Shown piece after piece: positions 1 through 10,990 of a stretch of 25,103 nucleotides of DNA. Position 1 is the stretch's first letter, and the number at the start of each line of letters is the position of its first letter. Origin of the DNA: Ginkgo biloba. Its lineage: Eukaryota > Plantae > Ginkgophyta. The DNA is taken from positions 109,972,633 through 109,997,735 of the forward strand of contig JANKJI020000002.1 of assembly GCA_024626585.2 (NCBI GenBank), written 5' to 3'. The translations under genes and the position numbers were made by a program. The notes below the pieces were generated by a model, which worked only from the letters and a program-made list of their open reading frames with translations, made no database searches and was not told the origin of the DNA.

Positions 1-459
1 ACCTTATCCAAAATTGAGGTATAATTGAGATGTGAATTTTACAACTAGAGATCACCTATAAGAATTTATGGAAAAAAAAAATTTACTAAAGAATTTGATC
101 TGAGAGGAGGTTCACTATTGAGTAAAAGTAAACACAAAGGTGGAATATCCTAAGACTAAATATCGAAAAGAGGAATATAAGAAGGATAAGGAGTTAATCC
201 TTAAGTCATAGTCAAAGGAGGACATTTGTCAAATAAATTAGTAATAATTCAAACTCTACACTCAAAATGTACATTAGGAATGAATAGTCTACGACTAAAT
301 AGATGAAGACCAAGTCATTGGCTATGGTGATTGAAATAATAAAAAGCTTAGCATTAGATAAGACTTCCTTGAATAAATTTGTAGAATCATACAAACGTTT
401 CTAAAGGCTGATGTAAATAAATTGGTAAAAAGTGCAAAGCGAGCCATCAAATAAAAGGA

Positions 460-800
460 TAAGGAGCCTTTTGTAAGGATAACTATGAATGATATAAAAT
501 TAATTTGGATCAAAATTCAATGTCATATATTTAGGGATGTGGAGAGATATGGGATACCCTTAGATGATGCATTCTAAAATTATTATAAGAATGACTAATC
601 AATATCAAATTGTACTTAAAGGTAAGATATTAAAGGTGAAAATATATAGTGAAAGTCTAGAAGAAAAAGAAGAATTTGAGATGATATCTTTAACTAACAA
701 AGGTAATTCTTACAAAGTGATTTTAGGAAGACCATGGATCAAGGATATTAAAGTTTATGATGGTATAGATAAATATTATATGAAATTTAAGCAGTTATGA
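460..800 (+). pseudogene. Retroviral-type aspartic protease relic (includes ORF 564-800)
   Basis: DKEPFVRITMN..., GSKFNVIYLGMWRDMGIP (cf. D-x-GSSVNIM...W..LG.P; the catalytic Asp region appears deleted), IRMTNQ and the C-terminal SYKVILGRPWIK motif typical of Athila/Tat proteases. Confidence 0.75.
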
Positions 801-1879
801 ACATGGATTTATGTTCCTTTAGATTTAATAAAGAGCCATGTAAGATAATTAATGATAAAAATACATATTTAGAACAAGAATATTGGGATGATGTTACAAA
901 AACTGAACAAGATAGTGAGAATACATATAACTATGTCAAGTAGAAGTGTGGGCCTCATTAAGATATTATTCTAAGCTTTGAAACCANNNNNNNNNNNNNN
1001 NNNNNNNNNNNNNNNNNNNNNNNNNNNNNNCATGACTTGGTTATGGAATGAAAAAATGAAATTTAATTAAGTGCATTATGTTGATAATCAAAGAATAGTA
1101 TCTAAATCTCAAGAATAAGAAATATTGGATAAATTAAAAGTGTTCAATAAATTTTATAATCTAAATAAAAATATAAGGTGGTTCTAAGAAGGAGCAATGA
1201 TGTAGAGGGTGATAGCAAATTATGCTAGTTTGAAACCACACTAAAAAATCAAACATNNNNNNNNNNNNNNNNNNNNNNNNNNNNNNNNNNNNNNNNNNNN
1301 NNNNATTAGAAGGAAATTCACATTGATAAAGATAAATATAGACATATATGGGATTGCAATATGATGGAGTGTGGTGTATAATTAGATTTATATAATAAGT
1401 ATAATCAATTAGAATAAATTCCATATATTGGTGGATAAAAAAAGAAATAACCTTAGGTTTCATGCCCTAGGTTCAACATTGTATGAAATACCATATTAAT
1501 AATATGAAATAATGGAAATATAGTGAGAGATCAGTGATTGATATCACTTAATATAAGGATTGATCAAATTATATGGCAAGACATAAAAGGATGATAATCA
1601 AGTTTTAAAATTGAGAATACTAGAGTTTACCTTTGATAAATTTCAAGAAAAATAATGTTATATGATTGAAGTAATTGATGAGAAGAAAGAGAGCTTGATT
1701 CCAAAAAATTACACTAAAGACTAGATTGCTAATAGATAAGTACTAGAGGACTAAGATAATGATTAAAAGAATAGGACTAAATAATATCCCTATAAAATAA
1801 GAAATCTTAAAATAGAAGTAGGATAAGGTAAAATGGTAGATATTAGAGACACTTAGGATGAATCAATAGTGTCCCAAGC

Positions 1880-2446
1880 ATAAGAAATATTAAGAGAGTA
1901 TGTAGATGTATTTAATTGGACCTGTAAAGATCTAAAAGGAATAATTCCAGAGATTGGTTAGTTGAGAATTAACATGGATGAAGGAGAAAAACTTATAAGG
2001 TAATGACCTTATAGGTTGTTTAATAAGGGATTGAAATTTTATTGGATGTAGGATACATTTAACCTATGGAACAAAGCAAATTGAGGCCAATGATAGTAAT
2101 TGCTACATTAAAAAATGGAAAGTTACGAATATGTGTTGATTTTAGAAAGATTAATATTATGAAAAAGAAGGACCCCTTCTCTACAATAGTTTTGGAATGT
2201 GTATAAAACCATGTTTAGGTTCACCTAGATGATGAAATGAAAACCACTTTTACTACTAAATGGGGATCTTATGCTTATAAGTCATTCCATTTGGTTTGAC
2301 AAATGCACTAACAACTTTTTTAAGAATTATAAAAAATATGTTTTGTACTTTATTCATAAGTTATTAGATATTTATTTTGATGATTGGTCCATGTTTCAAT
2401 TCATTAGATATCATGTCAAAAATCTTAGAGCAATGATTTAAAGGTG
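1880..2446 (+). pseudogene. Reverse transcriptase relic (Ty3/gypsy)
   Basis: EILREYVDVFNWTCKDLKGIIPEI, PYRL, LDVGYI*PMEQS, KNGKLRICVDFRKINIMKKKDPF, KTTFTTKWGSYAYK, IPFGLTNA, catalytic YFDD at 2373-2384. Runs into an 804-N gap. Confidence 0.93.
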
Positions 2447-3359
2447 NNNNNNNNNNNNNNNNNNNNNNNNNNNNNNNNNNNNNNNNNNNNNNNNNNNNNN
2501 NNNNNNNNNNNNNNNNNNNNNNNNNNNNNNNNNNNNNNNNNNNNNNNNNNNNNNNNNNNNNNNNNNNNNNNNNNNNNNNNNNNNNNNNNNNNNNNNNNNN
2601 NNNNNNNNNNNNNNNNNNNNNNNNNNNNNNNNNNNNNNNNNNNNNNNNNNNNNNNNNNNNNNNNNNNNNNNNNNNNNNNNNNNNNNNNNNNNNNNNNNNN
2701 NNNNNNNNNNNNNNNNNNNNNNNNNNNNNNNNNNNNNNNNNNNNNNNNNNNNNNNNNNNNNNNNNNNNNNNNNNNNNNNNNNNNNNNNNNNNNNNNNNNN
2801 NNNNNNNNNNNNNNNNNNNNNNNNNNNNNNNNNNNNNNNNNNNNNNNNNNNNNNNNNNNNNNNNNNNNNNNNNNNNNNNNNNNNNNNNNNNNNNNNNNNN
2901 NNNNNNNNNNNNNNNNNNNNNNNNNNNNNNNNNNNNNNNNNNNNNNNNNNNNNNNNNNNNNNNNNNNNNNNNNNNNNNNNNNNNNNNNNNNNNNNNNNNN
3001 NNNNNNNNNNNNNNNNNNNNNNNNNNNNNNNNNNNNNNNNNNNNNNNNNNNNNNNNNNNNNNNNNNNNNNNNNNNNNNNNNNNNNNNNNNNNNNNNNNNN
3101 NNNNNNNNNNNNNNNNNNNNNNNNNNNNNNNNNNNNNNNNNNNNNNNNNNNNNNNNNNNNNNNNNNNNNNNNNNNNNNNNNNNNNNNNNNNNNNNNNNNN
3201 NNNNNNNNNNNNNNNNNNNNNNNNNNNNNNNNNNNNNNNNNNNNNNNNNNAAGGGAATGCCACCTAAAAAAATATAGTTTATTAAAATAAGAACTTGGTT
3301 TAGAAGGCCATGCACTATGCATTATGGAGTTCAATTGTATAAACTAGGAAACCATGAAG

Positions 3360-3904
3360 TTATGAGATGATGTGTCATACCAAAGAAAATGATAGATGTC
3401 TTAAAAGATACACAGGAATGACATGAGTATTATCTAGTAATGTTAACATTTAACAACAAGAAAAGTATTGATGAATAGATTATGGNNNNNNNNNNNNNNN
3501 NNNNNNNNNNNNNNNNNNNNNNNNNNNNNNNNNNNNNNNNNNNNNNNNNNNNNNNNNNNNNNNNNNCTAATCAAAGTTACATTTCCCTTTAAAAACTAGT
3601 GAATTGATTTTTATAAGACCTATTAAACTAAGAATAATAATGTAAGGATAACAACAAAATTTTTATATGAGTGCATTATTGTTTTATTTCAATATCAAAA
3701 TCATTTAATGATTGATAGGGGATTATACTTCCTAAATAAGGTTATGCAAATATTGATAGAAGAGTTTATAATGTAGCATAAAAAAGGAACACCCTATTAT
3801 ATAATATGTAATAGATTAGCAAAGTATTATAGCAAGACTATATGTATAGTATTGATAAGGGTATGTAATGTTGGGAGGAAGGACTAGGAATAGAAATTAC
3901 ATGT
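3360..3904 (+). pseudogene. Integrase relic, N-terminal and core part
   Basis: FPFKN**IDFIRPIK (cf. PFEKWGIDFIGPI), TKFLYECIIVLF, MIDRGLYFLNKVMQILIEEFIM*HKKGTPYY, VCNVGRKD*E*KLH, ending exactly at the insertion site. Confidence 0.88.
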
Positions 3905-4317
3905 TGTTAGATGAAAAAACTGACGAATGTAAAACATGATCCAGACCGACACCAATAGGAGTTGGTTGGTCGATGAATGTTGGGGTTGTCTCAACTAAAA
4001 CCAACAAGAGTTGGTTCATCGACGAATGACGGACATAATTTGACTAACACTAAATGAGTCCATCTACATGACATCGATAGAGGTGAGATCATTGATGAAG
4101 GATGGGGCTATCATGAGCCTACACCGACATGAGTTAGTCTATTGACGAAGGTTAGAGTAGACCTCACCTAACACCTCACCAACATTGATGAGTATGTATG
4201 ACTCAAATATTTGACATAATATGAAGGGATAACCAACATCAATTAGGGGATTTCACCAACAATTATGAAATAGTCTCCCATAAGTCTTTGATAGGTTCTA
4301 TGGGATGTAACTATCAT
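3905..4317 (+). repeat. 5' LTR of the nested element (truncated by gap)
   Basis: Direct-repeat homology to 4569-~4968, e.g. gaatgtaaaa.atgatcca.ac.gacaccaatagga.ttggttgg and gagtagacctcacctaacacct. Confidence 0.85.
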
Positions 4318-4568
4318 NNNNNNNNNNNNNNNNNNNNNNNNNNNNNNNNNNNNNNNNNNNNNNNNNNNNNNNNNNNNNNNNNNNNNNNNNNNNNNNNNNN
4401 NNNNNNNNNNNNNNNNNTAAATTACCAAAGAGTGGTCCCAATTATCGATGTAACTCTCACTGGCCCTCCCTGGCACTATCAAGAAGCCATCACCTTGAAG
4501 GATTCACATCTAATATTGGTGTTTTGACATTATATCAGGATGAGATAAGGCTTTAGGCATGGGGGAAG

Positions 4569-5269
4569 TGTTGGATAAAGAAATCAATGAATGTAAAAAA
4601 TGATCCACACTGACACCAATAGGATTTGGTTGGCGAATAAATGTTAGGGTTGTCTTAGATAATATCAATAGGAGTTGGCTTACTAACAAATGATGAAGGA
4701 AGCTTGATTGACATTGACATGAGGCCTTCATCTACACTGACACTAACAAAGGTGAGATCATCGACGAAGGATGGGGCTACCGTGAGTCTAGATTGACGAA
4801 GTTTGGAGTAGACCTCACCTAACACCTTATCGATGTCAACAAGGAAGCCTAACATAAATATTTGACATAATATAAAGGTATTACCAACATTAATCAATGG
4901 ATTTCATCAAAAATGATGAAATAGTCTTCCATAAGTCTCTGATAGGTTCTGTGGGTTATAATTATTATGATGATTGTCTAACCATCTGTACCTTATATAA
5001 ATAATAGTAGAAGAATATGATGGGATAGTTGATGTTGGAATGTAATGGATAAATGTAATATATGTCTTATATCACTCTTGTATCAATTTTTTTTTTTTTT
5101 TTCTTATAATATAATGCTTGGATGNNNNNNNNNNNNNNNNNNNNNNNNNNNNNNNNNNNNNNNNNNNNNNNNNNNNNNNNNNNNNNNNNNNNNNNNNNNN
5201 NNNNNNNNNNNNNNNNNNNNNNNNNNGGATGTAACATTGTACATTTGTTAGGCATTAATATGATTAACA
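4569..5269 (+). repeat. 3' LTR of the nested element
   Basis: TG...CA termini, preceded by PPT 4561-4568, TATA-like TATATAAATA near 4995-5004, followed by the target-site copy CATGC. Confidence 0.82.
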
Positions 5270-5540
5270 CATGCAATATTATAGGCTTTTAGGACTACAT
5301 ATAAGCAAACCACTAAGTAGATATCATTTTAGTTGGTGTACAATCTAAAGGTAATGTTGCCCATTAAGTTTTAAGGTTGTATAATAAGGGATGGAAATCC
5401 CTTCCCAAAATAAGTATTAATATGAATGGACAAAACAATTAGAGGGAATAGGTTATCCCTTGGATGCACCTTGATATGTAAGATTCATTAGTGAGATAAT
5501 GTGTATGGTAGTGATGAATGGTAAACCCTACATTACATTG
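5270..5540 (+). pseudogene. Integrase relic, C-terminal continuation of the host element
   Basis: HAIL*AFRTTYKQTTK*ISF*LVYNLKVMLP matches the consensus HAVLWAYRTTYKxTTGxTPFxLVYGxEAVLP. Sequence beyond ~5365 is heavily decayed, so the end is approximate. Confidence 0.8.
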
Positions 5541-5663
5541 TGAAAAATAAAAGGATTTAATTTTATTTTATTTCCCATTCTTAAAATAAAATAGAAGTGT
5601 TAATGTAGCTATTACTTCCTTGTTTGATATGTAGTGATTTTGTACTATAGGTTAAAAACCTAC

Positions 5664-5980
5664 AAGGATAGGGGATAAGTTAGTGGACCCCTATTTGGAA
5701 TCTTGAAGGATCAAGATAACCCTTATCAAGCTTCAATGAAAAGGTCATAGAAAGGGACCTCATATCAAATGTGAAAGGGGACCTTTGTAAGAGGTTATAA
5801 ATATAAATTAGTAAAAAAGAGTACAATATCATTCAATGTTTATAGTTAATGTAATGACTAAACGTAATCCTTCCCCTTCATATTTGGATTTATCTTAAAA
5901 AGAAATAATAAAAAATATGAATCAAGTACGAATGTTGATTATTTATGGATTCAGGATATATGATGGCTTGTAAGAGTGTG
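5664..5980 (+). repeat. Putative PPT and 3' LTR of the host Tat-like element
   Basis: Purine-rich aaggataggggataa (5664-5678) just after pol, followed by agttag (TGTTAG-like) and TATAAATA at 5796-5803. 5752-5822 recurs at 10991-11060. No canonical TG start, and the end lies in a gap. Confidence 0.4.
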
Positions 5981-6414
5981 NNNNNNNNNNNNNNNNNNNN
6001 NNNNNNNNNNNNNNNNNNNNNNNNNNNNNNNNNNNNNNNNNNNNNNNNNNNNNNNNNNNNNNNNNNNNNNNNNNNNNNNNNNNNNNNNNNNNNNNNAAAA
6101 ATAAATTGAGTGGAACTGAGAGCTAAAGGAATAATGAAATGTTTTTTTTTGAAGGAAATTTAAAATTACAACAATATTACATAGTCATAATATTTTGAAT
6201 CTATAAAATAAACACATAGATAGGATAATTACATACTCGAGAAGTATCCTACATGGATGAATGGAGGTCACCTCACTCTTATTACAACTAATCGTTTCCT
6301 TTCCAATATGCTCCTCTGAACTCAAATCTTCCAATCTAATTTTAAGCCTCTAAATAGTTGAGGAAATATGACTTAGGATAGAGGTCAAGGAGTATTGATC
6401 CAAAGGTGATAACA

Positions 6415-7179
6415 TGGAGTATAAGTCTTTCATATAGATAGATAACTTTGGGTAGAACCTATAAGAAATTGGAATATGACTTAGAGTCATGAAAGAGACA
6501 TGAAACAAGAAATTTCACCCAAATTATGATGGAAATAAATAGGGAATAATAGAAGTCTCCTAATTTTTATAGCATCACAGTACCATTTTCCTTCCCCCAT
6601 CCTAACTTAAACCTTGGTCCTATTTATAAGCTAGAGAGGTGGTTAACTCTCAAACTACACTAATAGAGAGGTTTCCAACTTATAGTGAGGTCCAATCAAA
6701 TTAATATGGTTTAGTTGGTTAGTAATGACCTTTAATTGGTTGGATACAGAAACTAATTTCTTGAATTTCAATTTATTTTTTATTTTTTGTTGAAAATAAA
6801 TTTCATCACTTATTAAAATATGGTTGCAAAAGTCCACCATCTAATAATGATGCGCTTAAAAGTGGAAAAAACATTTTTCCATAAAACTAAATATTTTGAA
6901 AGGAAAAAAAAGATGGTAAGATGTAAATTATATTATCTAACACATTTAGTGGCTTAAAAAGGTTAGAATGTTGAACCATGAGGCAATAGGATTAGAAAGG
7001 AACTACACAACAAGTAATTAATAATCTATGATGTTAATTTATGGGTAAGAAATTACATGATAAGCAAAATATAAAATTGTTATTAAAAGTTTAACCTAGT
7101 ATATCCCATGCATCTAGGTCGAGGGTTCAAAAGTGACCTCTCGTTATATAAAATGGACCTAAAATTCCCCATTTTTACA
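6415..7179 (-). repeat. Long direct repeat A, copy 1 (probable LTR, minus orientation)
   Basis: Aligns with 11060-11838 (shared aaaaggttagaatgttgaacca, gggttcaaaagtgacctct, aaaatggacctaaaa). Right end ...ccccatttttaCA reads TGTAAAAATGGGG on minus; minus-strand TATAAATAG at 6620-6628. True left end unknown. Confidence 0.75.
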
Positions 7180-8077
7180 TTATATATTTTTACCTAACCA
7201 AGAGAAATTCATAAGGGAGAAATTATGTTATGAACTATGAGTAAAGAGATTTGGCTTATAAGTTGTGATGACTTCAAGATTTAATAATATCATGGATTCA
7301 TGAAATGCTAAATAATTTGATTGACTAGATAATCAACTAATTGATTGTATCTTCTTGGTATGTGTTGAAGTTGTATTGTTGGAAATTTTTTCCATGAGGG
7401 ATCTTATGGTGGTTTCATAAGTATAGAGTTATGGATGGAAGATATTCTATAATTGATTCACAAGTAAAAGAAACTTTGTGTACAAGGTGATATGAGAGGG
7501 ACATAGAGATGAGGAAAGAGTGAGATTCCCTATGACCATATCATATTTAACAATGTCTAAGATGGTAGGGATATACAATGTATGAATGTTTCTTCAATGA
7601 TAGTAAATACATTTTAAGACNNNNNNNNNNNNNNNNNNNNNNNNNNNNNNNNNNNNNNNNNNNNNNNNNNNNNNNNNNNNNNNNNNNNNNNNNNNNNNNN
7701 NNNNNNNNNNNNNNNNNNNNTATATTGGTTGGATTATTATGAAGGGTACTCATTCAAAAAAGAATGTCTTATTTAGGAAATAGTAGTTAGATGTATTAGT
7801 ACTGAGTGGACATAAATAAATAGTAGTATATTTTGATATCAAAATATATGATTTATTAGGTATGGTTGATAGAAAGGAGGATATTCTATCTATATATAAG
7901 GGGGATTTAAATATCCTTGAAAATAAGATTAGGAACTTCTAAGAGTACTCAGTTGATAATTTATAGTGATTCCTGTATGTAGAAGAGTATAATTAGTATG
8001 GATTTATACAATTCCCACTAGCTGAAGAATATTTGATGTATGATATATAGTATGAATTAAGGTCATAAAAGGATTCA

Positions 8078-9289
8078 TGGACTAATTACAAGGGTTAGTT
8101 GATTATTGGGTTTTATGTGTTACATAGAGAGGGTTATTTGGAAAATGATGAGGGTTTTTTTGGTATGCTAAACTAGAATCAACATTTTAACAAGTTTGAA
8201 GATGTTAAGGATTTGGATTATTCCATTAAGAAATATTTTTTGTTTAATTTATTAGGGTTTTAATGTCATTATTGTTTAAAAATGATGGAGGTAAAGATGG
8301 TTCAGAATTTGTTGTGTTAACATGATAATATATAGATTGAGTTTAAGTGTTGACCATGTTAATCAAGGAAAATTGACTTCTAATTATTCTATGATATTCA
8401 AGAGGGAGGCCTTATTGACTCCTTTATTGATGAATCCCATCTTAATGGGGTTTAGAGTGTGGGTGAGACTATATAGAAATATATTAATAAATAAAAAATA
8501 AGAAGTCATTAATGTGAAAATTATTTTATGAGAGACTTAATCCTAAGGTAGGTTAAACTATAAGGTACAATGAGGTGTGTAAATTGACTAAAGAGGGTCT
8601 CATAAAATTTGAACAAACAAGCTTGTGACAATTGTTATTTGTTCAAATCCTATGAGATGTAGGAAAGACCTTAAGGTTTTTAAGACACTATATCCAAAAT
8701 AAAATATCACACTATTGGGGTGGTATCCCTCCATATGTATCACAACCCTTCCTTAAACTTATGCTATGAACTTAGAGTAACCTCTGAGGGAATTAGAGGG
8801 AGAAAATTCTATGTTTATCCCAAGGAAAGTGAGGACTCCTATAGATCTCCTTAAAGGATATTAGTGTTGTGTAAAAATCACCAATCAAACCTTAAAGGAT
8901 GTGTATAGAGTCATCCCATGTTACTAGTAGTGCTAACCTATATTTTCTTTTGTAGTCAAGGATAGTTATTACTCCCAAGAATTACCCAAAGGAGTAAATT
9001 TCACACTTAACTATCCAAAAGTCTATATGTAGGGGTACCTAAGGGAAATAATGATGCCTAATAATAAACTTATCCATTAGTATTCATCTCTAGTTGGTTG
9101 GGAGAAGAAAGGTTTGAGGGCCCAAAATTAATAGGGACTCTTAATCCCAATAATGTGATAAATGATTTTAAAATTATGGAATTAGACTAGAAGAATATAG
9201 GACCTACTTGAAGGACACCTAGGCTAAAAAATAGAAAAGTATGAATCCAAGGAGGTGAATAGTCCCTAGTAGAATTGCCAAAATGTACA
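8078..9289. repeat. Long direct repeat B, copy 1 (probable LTR)
   Basis: 8078-9130 aligns with 9390-10455 at an offset of about 1.3 kb (shared tcttaatggggtttagagtgtgggtga, tgacaattgttattt.ttcaaatcctatgagatg, acccttccttaaac). Ends ...aaaatgtaCA immediately before a 100-N gap. Confidence 0.78.
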
Positions 9290-9389
9290 NNNNNNNNNNN
9301 NNNNNNNNNNNNNNNNNNNNNNNNNNNNNNNNNNNNNNNNNNNNNNNNNNNNNNNNNNNNNNNNNNNNNNNNNNNNNNNNNNNNNNNNN

Positions 9390-10455
9390 GGTTGACTATG
9401 AGGGTTGGTTAATTCTTGGGTTGAATATATAGAATAACAAGAGTTATTTAGAAAATGATTATGTTCTATTTGATATACTAAATCAAGATCAATAGTTTTA
9501 TGAGTGTGAAGTTATTTTGGGTTTGGATGATCCTCGTGAGTAAGAAAAATATCTTAAGTCACTAGGGTTTCTATGTCATTATTCTTGACAAATGGTGGAG
9601 GTGAATATGGTTCACCATTAGGGGTGTTNNNNNNNNNNNNNNNNNNNNNNNNNNNNNNNNNNNNNNNNNNNNNNNNNNNNNNNNNNNNNNNNNNNNNNNN
9701 NNAAATCAAATTTTGATTAATCCATGATATTTAGGAGGGAGGCCTTGTTGCCACCTTGATTAAAAAATCCCTTCTTAATGGGGTTTAGAGTGTGGGTGAT
9801 CCTCCATAGAGATATGCACAAAAAAATGAATAATGATAACAAAAGAAGAGGCTAGTGATATGAAAGGTCTATTATGAGATAGCTAATCCTAAATCAACTT
9901 GAGTTATAAATTACAATGAGGTATGCAAATTGACTCAAAATTCTCTCATAAAAATTGAATAAATAATCTTATGACAATTGTTATTTATTCAAATCCTATG
10001 AGATGAAGGGAAGATCCTAATGTATCTAATACATCAAACTCAAAACCAAGTGTTACACTATTAGGATGGCCTACCTTAGCATGTATCAAAACCCTTCCTT
10101 AAACCTCCATTGTGAACTCAGAGTAAACTCTTATGGACTTGGAGTGAGAAAATGCCACATTTCCCTTGGGGATAATGATGACCCCTATGGACCTCTTAAA
10201 AGGATATTAATAATGTATCATCATCATCAATCAAACCTTAGATTATGTGCATAGATTTATCCCATGTTATCGATAAGGGTAATAAAGTTTTCTCTTCCTA
10301 GTAAAGGCTAGTTACTACTTCTAGCAATCACCTAAAGGAGTAAAGCTCATACTTGACCATCTAAGAGTTTGTAGGTAAGGGGATTCCTAATAAACCACTT
10401 TCCCACCAATATTCATCTTCATTTTCCTGGGGGAAGGAAGGTTAGAGGGTCCTAA
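9390..10455. repeat. Long direct repeat B, copy 2 (both ends in gaps)
   Basis: Collinear, diverged homology to 8078-9130. Confidence 0.78.
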
Positions 10456-10990
10456 NNNNNNNNNNNNNNNNNNNNNNNNNNNNNNNNNNNNNNNNNNNNN
10501 NNNNNNNNNNNNNNNNNNNNNNNNNNNNNNNNNNNNNNNNNNNNNNNNNNNNNNNNNNNNNNNNNNNNNNNNNNNNNNNNNNNNNNNNNNNNNNNNNNNN
10601 NNNNNNNNNNNNNNNNNNNNNNNNNNNNNNNNNNNNNNNNNNNNNNNNNNNNNNNNNNNNNNNNNNNNNNNNNNNNNNNNNNNNNNNNNNNNNNNNNNNN
10701 NNNNNNNNNNNNNNNNNNNNNNNNNNNNNNNNNNNNNNNNNNNNNNNNNNNNNNNNNNNNNNNNNNNNNNNNNNNNNNNNNNNNNNNNNNNNNNNNNNNN
10801 NNNNNNNNNNNNNNNNNNNNNNNNNNNNNNNNNNNNNNNNNNNNNNNNNNNNNNNNNNNNNNNNNNNNNNNNNNNNNNNNNNNNNNNNNNNNNNNNNNNN
10901 NNNNNNNNNNNNNNNNNNNNNNNNNNNNNNNNNNNNNNNNNNNNNNNNNNNNNNNNNNNNNNNNNNNNNNNNNNNNNNNNNNNNNNNNAT

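Larger units (their letters stand above)
3905..5269 (+). mobile_element. Nested LTR retrotransposon (two LTRs; interior mostly hidden in or collapsed into the 100-N gap); superfamily undetermined
   Basis: Starts TGTTAG and ends TTAACA. Flanked by CATGT (3900-3904) and CATGC (5270-5274). Host integrase reads KLH|AIL*AFRT across it. 3905-4317 aligns with 4569-~4968. Purine tract GGGGGAAG (4561-4568) directly precedes the second copy (TGTTGG). Confidence 0.88.
460..5540 (+). mobile_element. Degenerate Ty3/gypsy LTR retrotransposon pol (non-chromovirus, Tat-like): PR - (aRH?) - RT - [gap] - INT, interrupted by a nested element at 3905-5269
   Basis: Collinear relic motifs on + with many stops and frameshifts: protease GSKFNVIYLGMWRDMGIP and ILGRPWI; ILREYVDVFNWTCKDLKGI; RT KNGKLRICVDFRKIN, KTTFTTKWGSYAY, IPFGLTNA, YFDDW; integrase PF..IDFIRPIK, FLYECII, IDRGLYFLN, AIL*AFRTTYK. 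The RT-before-INT order is the gypsy arrangement. Ends are approximate. Confidence 0.92.

Noticed and set aside
2364-3334. Long ORFs of 277-299 aa in the ORF track (and similar ones at 10442-11002 and 12178-12564)
   Set aside because: They consist almost wholly of X residues from N gaps and are artefacts.
3945-4160. Regularly spaced repeats resembling a CRISPR array
   Set aside because: The units are degenerate tandem repeats without unique spacers, inside a eukaryotic LTR, with no cas genes.
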